The notes under the pieces were generated by a model. The model was not told where the DNA came from. It saw nothing but the letters and a program-made list of their open reading frames with translations, and made no database searches. 20,777 nt of DNA. Origin: a bacterium (GTDB lineage: Bacteria; Zhuqueibacterota; Zhuqueibacteria; Oceanimicrobiales; Oceanimicrobiaceae). Where the stretch lies: positions 1-20,777 of the forward strand of contig JBHIAC010000045.1 in NCBI GenBank assembly GCA_046758365.1, read 5' to 3'. Below are positions 8,569-16,317 of this stretch, in pieces. The position numbers and the translations under genes were made by a program. Each line of letters opens with the position of its first letter. Positions within the stretch are counted from its first letter, which is position 1.

Positions 8569-10249
8569 GCGGAATTTCAGATCTTTTCTCATCTCTGATT
8601 TTACCATAAATAATTTTGCTGGCTATCTAAATAATGATAATGACTTTCCCCCGGTTAGCTCAACAATTGCACCATTTGGCCAAGTTATATCGGTTTTGAT
8701 TGATAAAAACTTGGAGTGCTGGAACAGTGATCCTGATTTCGCTGTAATTTGGACCCAACCTGAAAGTGTAATTGAATCATTTAATCATATTCTTAATTAT
8801 AAACGTGTATCGATCGATGAGATCATTAAGGAAGTAGACGAATATTCATCGATATTAATGAACATTCAGGATAAGGTAAATATTGCATTCGTTCCAACTT
8901 GGGTTTTACCATCCTATCATAGAGGCTTTGGTGTGCTTGATATGAAAAATAGGATTGGGATAGCGAATATATTGATGCGTATGAATTTAAGACTTTCTGA
9001 CAATTTAGATAAAGCTTCAAATATTTATTTATTAAACACTCAAAAGTGGATTGAGATTGCAGGTAGTAAGGCATTTAATCCAAAATTGTGGTATTTGGGA
9101 AAGATTGCCTTTGGAAACGAAGTTTTTAAAGAAGCTGTAAAAGATATAAAATCAGCCTTAAGAGGGTTTACTGGGAGGTCGATTAAATTAATTATTCTCG
9201 ACTTGGACGATACCTTATGGGGTGGCATTGTTGGAGATCTTGGTTGGCAAAATATTAAACTTGGTGGACATGACCCCATTGGCGAAGCGTATGTAGATTT
9301 TCAAAAAGCGTTAAAGTCCTTAACTAATCGTGGTATTCTATTAGGAATCGTCAGTAAAAATGAAGAATCTGTTGCACTGGATGCAATAAATAAACATCCT
9401 GAAATGGTACTTGGATTAGAAGATATTGCTGGTTGGAAAATTAACTGGCATGACAAAGCTCAAAATATCGTTGATTTAGTTTCAGATTTGAATCTTGGTC
9501 TTCAATCAGTGATTTTCATTGATGACAATCCTGTTGAACGAGCGCGGGTAAGGGAGACCTTGCCTGAAGTTTTTGTTCCTGAATGGCCAGAAGATAAAAT
9601 GTTATATAAGCGTTCATTGATTAGTCTTCGCTGTTTTGATACCCCTTCAATTAGTAATGAAGATTTTAAACGAACTAAAATGTATGTATCAGAAAGACAA
9701 AGAAGGAGCTCGAGGAGTCAAGTTGGCTCTTTGGATGAATGGTTGAATACACTGAAAATGAAAGTAAAGATAGAGGAACTAAATGAGACTAATCTTCAAA
9801 GAACATGCCAGTTGTTAAATAAAACAAACCAAATGAATCTTAGTACAAGAAGAATGACAGAATCTGAACTAGTGGGCTGGGTGAAGCAGGCGGGTTGTAA
9901 ATTATGGACGTTTCGTGTTTCGGATAAGTTTGGAGATTCAGGATTGACAGGTATAATAAGTCTTGAGGTAGAAAACAAAAAGGGAAAAATTGTAGATTTT
10001 GTTTTAAGTTGTAGAGTCATGGGTCGCAAAATAGAAGAAACTATGCTTTATCAAGTTATTCAATACGCACAATTTAAACAGTTGGACGAAATTTATGCAA
10101 AATATATCCCAACACCCAAAAACAAGCCTTGTTTAGAATTTTGGAATCGTTCAGGGTTTATTTATACTGAGAAGGACAGCAGTTTTATCTGGAAGGTCAA
10201 GAAGGATTATGCATTGCCCACCTGTATACAAATCGATAGAAAGGAATAG
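8561..10249 (+). CDS. fkbH: FkbH-like HAD-IIIC protein (glyceryl-ACP-forming phosphatase/transferase) with N-terminal SGNH-like region
   Basis: HAD motif LDLDDTLWGG; SKN; INWHDK; FIDDNPVER; QLLNKTNQMN; DKFGDSG; C-terminal LSCRVMGR (acyl-intermediate Cys). Start re-called to the ATG at 8561 (GGAGGAG RBS at 8547-8553, 8-nt overlap with the ACP gene), giving 562 aa. Confidence 0.92.
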   Translation: MPKRNFRSFLISDFTINNFAGYLNNDNDFPPVSSTIAPFGQVISVLIDKNLECWNSDPDFAVIWTQPESVIESFNHILNYKRVSIDEIIKEVDEYSSILMNIQDKVNIAFVPTWVLPSYHRGFGVLDMKNRIGIANILMRMNLRLSDNLDKASNIYLLNTQKWIEIAGSKAFNPKLWYLGKIAFGNEVFKEAVKDIKSALRGFTGRSIKLIILDLDDTLWGGIVGDLGWQNIKLGGHDPIGEAYVDFQKALKSLTNRGILLGIVSKNEESVALDAINKHPEMVLGLEDIAGWKINWHDKAQNIVDLVSDLNLGLQSVIFIDDNPVERARVRETLPEVFVPEWPEDKMLYKRSLISLRCFDTPSISNEDFKRTKMYVSERQRRSSRSQVGSLDEWLNTLKMKVKIEELNETNLQRTCQLLNKTNQMNLSTRRMTESELVGWVKQAGCKLWTFRVSDKFGDSGLTGIISLEVENKKGKIVDFVLSCRVMGRKIEETMLYQVIQYAQFKQLDEIYAKYIPTPKNKPCLEFWNRSGFIYTEKDSSFIWKVKKDYALPTCIQIDRKE

Positions 10250-10251
10250 CT

Positions 10252-10659
10252 GTGATCAAACTAGATTTCTTTGGTGAAAATGCAAAATTCGACCATATTG
10301 GCCTGGCTGTAAAATCAATAAAAGATGTTAGCCCGTCCAGTGAAATAATTACAGATCCGATTCAAAGAGTTTCTGTGGCATTTGTTATCGTGAATGGAAT
10401 AAAAATAGAACTGATCGAGCCCTATGGTGATAATTCACCAGTCACAGATAGCTTGAAGAAGGGGGTAAAATTTCTTCACATGTGTTATGCCGTCTCTGAT
10501 ATTGAATTAGTTTTAAAAGAGTGTAGAAAACATGGATTTCATCCCATCGCCCGTCCTGTACCTGCTATTGCATTTAATAACAAAAAAATAGCCTGGGTGT
10601 ATAGCAATAAATATGGATTATTTGAGTTATTGGAAGATTCAATACCGAGTGTAAAATGA
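10252..10659 (+). CDS. VOC (glyoxalase-fold) protein, methylmalonyl-CoA epimerase-like
   Basis: FDHIGLAV, DPIQRVSVAF, IELIEP, SPV, LHMCYAV and FELLE give the His/Glu/His/Glu metal-ligand pattern. GTG start 2 nt after the fkbH stop. Confidence 0.85.
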   Translation: MIKLDFFGENAKFDHIGLAVKSIKDVSPSSEIITDPIQRVSVAFVIVNGIKIELIEPYGDNSPVTDSLKKGVKFLHMCYAVSDIELVLKECRKHGFHPIARPVPAIAFNNKKIAWVYSNKYGLFELLEDSIPSVK

Positions 10660-10700
10660 TAGATTCATGCGTCGATTTAAGAAAGTGAGAATTATTTTAA

Positions 10701-11885
10701 ATGGCTCAGGAACAAATTAGAATAGAAAAAATAAGAGTCAAAGAACTCCACGATTTCGCTTGTCGAATACTCGATAGAACTAAGGATAATGATATCATCC
10801 CAATATCAAAACATCGTGCCCTTGCATATTCAAAAAATCCTTATGCAGACGACAATGATATAGGGTTGTTAGTTGCCTATATGGGAAATAAGTGCATTGG
10901 ATATCTTGGAATTATGCCAGGATTGCTTAGAACTGGAAATAAATTTTCAAAGGTATATTGGTTCTCTACTTGGTATGTTCCGCTTGAATTTAGGAAAACA
11001 TCCGTGGGTTCACTCCTTATGATGAATGCGTTGTCAGTAAAGTATGATTTCCTGGCAAACGCGCCTGGCATGAGTAGGGAAGCACAACGAGTGTATAGAG
11101 CTTTACATTTCCATGAACTTGGACCTTTAGATTATTATATGATTACCGTAGAAAGACTGAATTGGTTTTATGTGGCCTTTCGTTTATTACAAAGAATTTT
11201 AAATAAAATAGGAATTGATTTTGAAATCCTTGATAATCTAACTCGAGCATCTGTGTTCATTTTTACCCCGATTCGAAGGATCATTTATGATTTGTTATTA
11301 CACAATCAAGCAAATCAACAGATTAAGAATATTAGTTATAAAGAAGTAAGCGAAATTGATGATTACCTTATGCAAATAAAACATCGTGCAAATTCTACTG
11401 GGTTTTATCGTGATACAGATATAATAAATTGGATGTTAAAGTATAAATGGATATTAGAACCAGATAAAATAGAAACCCCAAAATTAAATTATCGTTTCGC
11501 CTATGTTCAGGATGTCTTCAGGTATATTGCTTTAAAGGTGTATTCTCCTGATGGTAAAGATTACAAAGGCTTTATGGTTTTATCTGTTTCTTCAGAAAAT
11601 TTGAAGACCGTTCTTAAAGTATTAGACTTTTGTTTTCTTAATCGTGACGATTATAAATACATTGTTTCTCTTGCGTTAAAATATGCAAGAACTTATAAAG
11701 CTACCAATATTGTACTCCCAGGCAGTTTAGCTACATATATTAAAGACGGTGTATTAATGAAATTTCTACTTCATAAAGAATATATTTTCTACTTTTGTCA
11801 CCCCAAAAGTAGAAACAGTCCATTAGCCACTTCATTAAACGATATTGAACTGCAATTTTGTGATGGCGATATACCGTTCTGGTAA
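10701..11885 (+). CDS. GNAT-fold N-acyltransferase (probably tandem GNAT)
   Basis: 394 aa. Beta-strands LLVAY...IGYLGIMP and motif A-like WFSTWYVPLEFRKTSVGSLLM; AQRVYRALHF. The second half has R...INW.L, GFMVL and KVLDF, typical of a second GNAT-like repeat. Confidence 0.7.
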   Translation: MAQEQIRIEKIRVKELHDFACRILDRTKDNDIIPISKHRALAYSKNPYADDNDIGLLVAYMGNKCIGYLGIMPGLLRTGNKFSKVYWFSTWYVPLEFRKTSVGSLLMMNALSVKYDFLANAPGMSREAQRVYRALHFHELGPLDYYMITVERLNWFYVAFRLLQRILNKIGIDFEILDNLTRASVFIFTPIRRIIYDLLLHNQANQQIKNISYKEVSEIDDYLMQIKHRANSTGFYRDTDIINWMLKYKWILEPDKIETPKLNYRFAYVQDVFRYIALKVYSPDGKDYKGFMVLSVSSENLKTVLKVLDFCFLNRDDYKYIVSLALKYARTYKATNIVLPGSLATYIKDGVLMKFLLHKEYIFYFCHPKSRNSPLATSLNDIELQFCDGDIPFW

Positions 11886-11902
11886 TAAAAGAAAATCATT
11901 TT

Positions 11903-12961
11903 GTGAATACATTAACAAAAAAAGTTGTCAGAGAAACTACTAAATCTCTGAAATCTTTTCCTCTGTTTCCGCTATCTGGCTATCAATTCTTGATTAAGAG
12001 AAAAGTGGTAGGACTATGTTACCATACCGTGTCTAATGAACCTTTATATCACATAAAGCACCTTTATGCCTATAAAACATTAGAGATTTTCGAAAATCAC
12101 CTTAGGTTTTTAAAACAAAATTACAACTTGATATCCTATGAGCAACTTGTCAAGTACCATTCGTTGAAAACTAAAATTATACCCAACTCTATTATCTTAA
12201 CTTTTGATGATGGATTTTCAGAATGCTATTCCACTGTGAGACCTCTTTTACTAAAATACGAAATCCCATGTATTTTCTTTATAACAACAGATTTTATTGA
12301 TAATAGAAATATGTTTTATCGTAATAAGGTCTCACTTTGTATTGAAAAAATTAGAAGCCTTGATAAGCTTAGAATAATGGACGTAATATGTAAGATTAAT
12401 AGTACGTTTGAACAATGCATAAGAAGCCCTGAGTCATTTATTCAGTGGATTAAATCTTTGAATTCCTCTGATGAAGATATTATAAATGAAACCTGCAATA
12501 TATTAGAAATTGATTTCGAGCAATATCTTATAACTTATAAACCGTATCTAACATCTGAAAATATCAGACAATTAGTAACCGATGGATTTACAATTGGGGC
12601 TCATAGTAAAAAACATCTCAAACTTAATTTGTTGCGTAATGAAGACAAAATTGAAGAAGAAATTGTGGATTCTTGTAGAAAAATTATGGACTTAACGGGA
12701 ATAAAAAATGTACCGTTTGCCTTTCCATTTTCTGGTGATGGCCTTGATAGGGCTTTCTTAAAAAATTTATTGTCTAAGTATAAATTCGTAGGATTACTTT
12801 TTGATTTACATGGGTTAAGAAAAGATAAAGACTTTATCATAAATAGAATATGGTGTGAATCTCCATCATTTAGTGTAAACAGTAAGTCAAAGATGCGACA
12901 AATTTTGCGTCGTGCCTATCAATATCATTTCGTTGGTAGTGTAGGTGGGATGTTAAAATGA
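11903..12961 (+). CDS. Polysaccharide deacetylase (CE4, IcaB/PgaB-like motif order, helical insertion)
   Basis: GTG start. LCYHTV, ILTFDDGF, IFFITT, IGAHSKKH and FAFPF. Confidence 0.88.
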   Translation: MNTLTKKVVRETTKSLKSFPLFPLSGYQFLIKRKVVGLCYHTVSNEPLYHIKHLYAYKTLEIFENHLRFLKQNYNLISYEQLVKYHSLKTKIIPNSIILTFDDGFSECYSTVRPLLLKYEIPCIFFITTDFIDNRNMFYRNKVSLCIEKIRSLDKLRIMDVICKINSTFEQCIRSPESFIQWIKSLNSSDEDIINETCNILEIDFEQYLITYKPYLTSENIRQLVTDGFTIGAHSKKHLKLNLLRNEDKIEEEIVDSCRKIMDLTGIKNVPFAFPFSGDGLDRAFLKNLLSKYKFVGLLFDLHGLRKDKDFIINRIWCESPSFSVNSKSKMRQILRRAYQYHFVGSVGGMLK

Positions 12962-13968
12962 AGTTGAAAAATACCATATATTCTCTGTTTGGAAAGATAT
13001 TGGCTAATGAATTTAGCATTAATTTTCTTTCCAATTACTTAAAACAGGATCTTACAATTATCTATTATCACGGGATTGGGAATGATACAAAGCCATGCAA
13101 CAAACTAATTCAAAGCAATACTCCAGTTGACTTATTTGTTAAGCAATTAAGATTTTTCAAAAAACACTACAATATTGTTTCTATTGATGACGCACTAGAA
13201 GCCTTTTGTACTTCATCACCTATTGCTAATGCTCTTGTTGTCACCTTTGATGATGGACTTAGAGAATGCTATGAGGTGGCTGCTCCAATTTTATTAAATG
13301 AAAGAATTCCTGCTACTTTCTTTTTGATTAATGACTGCATCGACAACAAACACTTGATGTGGTTTAATTGTCTTTCGGCTATTGGTTATTTTTTCCCAAA
13401 ACATAATTGGGAAGAATGTTTACAGTACATTTCAGATACTTATCAAATAGTTCCTATTAGAAATCTCCCTTTGCATATATGGGCACAATTATGGCCTATG
13501 CATGAGAAGGAAAACATTTTAACCATAATCTGCAATGAAGTATCTTTTAATGCAGAAGAGTATTTACAGAATTTTAGGCCTTATATGAGCACTCATCAGA
13601 TACAATCCTTAATAAAGGATGGTTTTACAGTAGGCGCTCACTCCAAAACTCATCCTCTATTAAGCAAACTGAATCCAAATGATTTAATTAATGAATTAGT
13701 TGGGAGTTCTGCTGATATTTGTAGGAGATTCAAACTTGAGAATGTATGTTTTTCATTTCCTTGTGGAGATAGACCAAATTCTGAAGAAACTAAAAAATTA
13801 TTCTTGTCTAATTCTTTTATTAAGGCTTTATTAGGAATTAATGGAATTTCTTATTGGGGGAATGATCTCTATAGTTTAGAGAGAGTAGCTTCAACAAAAA
13901 AATTACAGTTGTTAAAATTCGATTTATTTATCAAGCCATTTTTAAAAAAGTATCTTACTAAGCTATGA
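12958..13968 (+). CDS. Polysaccharide deacetylase (CE4), paralog of the upstream gene
   Basis: IYYHGI, VVTFDDGL, IPATFFL, VGAHSKTHPLL and FSFPCG. ATGA overlap with the previous gene suggests translational coupling. Confidence 0.88.
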   Translation: MKLKNTIYSLFGKILANEFSINFLSNYLKQDLTIIYYHGIGNDTKPCNKLIQSNTPVDLFVKQLRFFKKHYNIVSIDDALEAFCTSSPIANALVVTFDDGLRECYEVAAPILLNERIPATFFLINDCIDNKHLMWFNCLSAIGYFFPKHNWEECLQYISDTYQIVPIRNLPLHIWAQLWPMHEKENILTIICNEVSFNAEEYLQNFRPYMSTHQIQSLIKDGFTVGAHSKTHPLLSKLNPNDLINELVGSSADICRRFKLENVCFSFPCGDRPNSEETKKLFLSNSFIKALLGINGISYWGNDLYSLERVASTKKLQLLKFDLFIKPFLKKYLTKL

Positions 13969-14287
13969 CTCAACAAATCCCAATAAAGGGTAGGTTTCAA
14001 TTTATAATTGAAAATTAAGAAAAAGGGGAATTTAGAATTCGATATAACGGCCTCACAATTTGGCATATACACTCGACTGTTTGAATCGACTTTACGGTAA
14101 CGAAAATTCTATTATAGAATTACTCATTGCTTATAACGATTCTAGGGATCAACACACTCCTGTAGTAGCAAATATGCGGAAAAAGTGTAATGCCTACGTC
14201 TGCATTTGCTCATACGCCCACCTAATTTCAAACACTGAAAATCCTTCCGTAGATTATTCACAAATTAAAGTATTAGGAAATCGGTAC

Positions 14288-16270
14288 CTACGGCTGCACC
14301 CGTACGTTTTTTGGTGGACTCGGAGGTTGATTATCTGTCGATGTAGCTATTTTTACTTCAATATCATCAAAATAGGCTGCATCATTGAAAGAACCTATGC
14401 CAACTCTTCCTTCACCAAATGTAGCATCGTTAGTAGTCAACACGATTACTTCATCCTGTTTAACTACAATAAGGCTGCCCTGGCGTGAGACTTCAATATT
14501 ATGGTAGTCATTATCGGTAATCAACGCTACATTAGAGGATATTATTTCTGAACGAAAACCATTCTCTACCTTGTTCAAGGCACTCCAAGGAGCGTTGGAG
14601 TTAAACAACATATAATAATAATTGTTATCATCTTGATAACCAAAAACTATGGCAAAATCTGCGCCTGTGTTGTCTTGAAGATTCTCCGAAGACTTGACTA
14701 TTAAAGTCATGATAAAATTTCCATATATTCTGTTTTTAATCAAACTGTAGGTCGCTAATTTTGAATTAATAGCACTGAGCTGCGAAGTTGTAATAACATA
14801 ACGTTTATCCCCATCTTTTTCTTCAACTGCCCAATAGTAGGATTTATTGGGTTCCCAATTGTCAACATGACCAAAGTAGGGAACTGGAGAAAAAGTACCG
14901 GAAAAAACACTAAGGCTTAATTTCTGGGTGGCAATAGAGCCGTCGTCATCAGTTACTTGGAGCGTAAAGGTGTAATCTCCTTCCTGATCATTCGTCGTTC
15001 CGGAAAGGGTGTTATCTTTGAGATTAATTCCCTCGGGCAAGGTTCCACTTATTATTGCCCATTGATAGGGCTTTTGTCCTCCTCTAGCAGAGAGTACCGT
15101 GGTATAGGGACTGCCAATAATTGCACTGGGGAGACTGGTCGTGATAATGCGTAAAGGCAAACTCTCACCGCTAACCAACGGGTGGGGGTAGATGTACGGG
15201 GTATAATCTGGTTTTGAATAAAGAAAATAATCTCTATCTTTTTGGATGATTTCTGGAGCATGGTTGAAAATTTGAGCTGGTTGACCTTCATAAGTATTAT
15301 TCCAAATATAAAGCTCCCTTATTTGATCTTTACAAGGATAATTACAGTTTGAGCCACCATCATTGCTTAAGGCAATCGGTTGCGTGATACCAGTGATCAT
15401 TTTATTATTAAAGATAACTCCATCACCACCCCTGATACCTATACCTTGATAACGTTTAATAGAATTATTAATTGAATTTTCATAAATTTCGTAGCTGCGA
15501 TTTCCACGGGGCCAAGAAGAAAGGCCATGGGCATCAATCGCGGAGGCATCCTCAACATTATCCACAATTTCATTGTAACGAAAAACATAACGCGCGCCGT
15601 TGTTGGAAGTTACCGTATGCCGAGTGCCTTTAAAGTAGTTGTCTTCGATAAACACGGCCTGTTCTGTTCCCAGTTGCAATGGAGGCCATGTTCCGCTACC
15701 TACAACCGCTACCCCGTAGCCAAGGTTATGTATTTTTGACCTGTAATTATCAATAAATGTATTATGGTCAACGACTCCTCGGCAGTCACCTTGAATAAAG
15801 ATGGCTGCCCATCCAAAGTGCTTTAGAGTAACATGGTGTACGCGAAAATCTTTACTATTGAATATCTTAATGCCAAAATCTCCTTCTCTTGAGTCGGGAC
15901 TTGTTATCCCTATTAACGTAAGATCTGAAATTTGAAAGGATTCACCATTACTCCCATCAATTTGAAATATAGGGTCATTATTGATACTAGTAGTACCAGT
16001 TGCACTGTTCTCAGTACGATAAAGAATGGTATTATCTTCTCTCACTCCTTTGATACTTACTCCACCAAGAACATACACGGTGCCGATAGCTTCAAAATTT
16101 CCAGAAGGGATAAGTACAGTATCTCCCGAACTGGCCTGGTCAACAGCTTTTTGTATGTCATCTATATAACCACTAACGGCTATAATTTTGTTATGTTGTG
16201 CAAGCAATTCATTGATAGTAAAAGTCATTCCGACTAAATAGAACAGAGGGAAAATCACATATTTATTCAT
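14288..16270 (-). CDS. Secreted modular protein: right-handed parallel beta-helix (pectin-lyase-like) + putative Ig (He_PIG-type) + ConA/LamG-like (DUF1080-like) domain + proline tail
   Basis: Start re-called to the ATG at 16270 (GAGGA upstream; signal-peptide-like MNKYVIFPLFYLVGMTFTINELLA-Q), giving 660 aa. DIQKAVDQASSGDTVLIPSG cap; repeats GVVDHNTF, FIEDNYF, VFRYNEI, EIYENSI. Ig motif IITTSLP...ARGGQKPYQW...GTLPEG...LSGT...YTFTLQVTD. C-terminal GRVGIGS...AYFDDIEV. Confidence 0.78.
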   Translation of the reverse strand: MNKYVIFPLFYLVGMTFTINELLAQHNKIIAVSGYIDDIQKAVDQASSGDTVLIPSGNFEAIGTVYVLGGVSIKGVREDNTILYRTENSATGTTSINNDPIFQIDGSNGESFQISDLTLIGITSPDSREGDFGIKIFNSKDFRVHHVTLKHFGWAAIFIQGDCRGVVDHNTFIDNYRSKIHNLGYGVAVVGSGTWPPLQLGTEQAVFIEDNYFKGTRHTVTSNNGARYVFRYNEIVDNVEDASAIDAHGLSSWPRGNRSYEIYENSINNSIKRYQGIGIRGGDGVIFNNKMITGITQPIALSNDGGSNCNYPCKDQIRELYIWNNTYEGQPAQIFNHAPEIIQKDRDYFLYSKPDYTPYIYPHPLVSGESLPLRIITTSLPSAIIGSPYTTVLSARGGQKPYQWAIISGTLPEGINLKDNTLSGTTNDQEGDYTFTLQVTDDDGSIATQKLSLSVFSGTFSPVPYFGHVDNWEPNKSYYWAVEEKDGDKRYVITTSQLSAINSKLATYSLIKNRIYGNFIMTLIVKSSENLQDNTGADFAIVFGYQDDNNYYYMLFNSNAPWSALNKVENGFRSEIISSNVALITDNDYHNIEVSRQGSLIVVKQDEVIVLTTNDATFGEGRVGIGSFNDAAYFDDIEVKIATSTDNQPPSPPKNVRVQP

Positions 16271-16317
16271 GCTTGGTTCCTCTAGTATTAGATTTTCTAT
16301 TCTACATAACAGATGCA

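Noticed and set aside
8269..10659. Interpreting ACP + FkbH as part of a PKS/NRPS (methoxymalonyl-ACP or tetronate) cluster
   Set aside because: There is no ketosynthase, FabH-like enzyme, acyl-ACP dehydrogenase or NRPS in the window; the context is entirely polysaccharide biosynthesis.
14060..14488. 142-aa + strand ORF
   Set aside because: TTG start, no RBS, no motif, and it overlaps the 3' end of the beta-helix gene in antisense.
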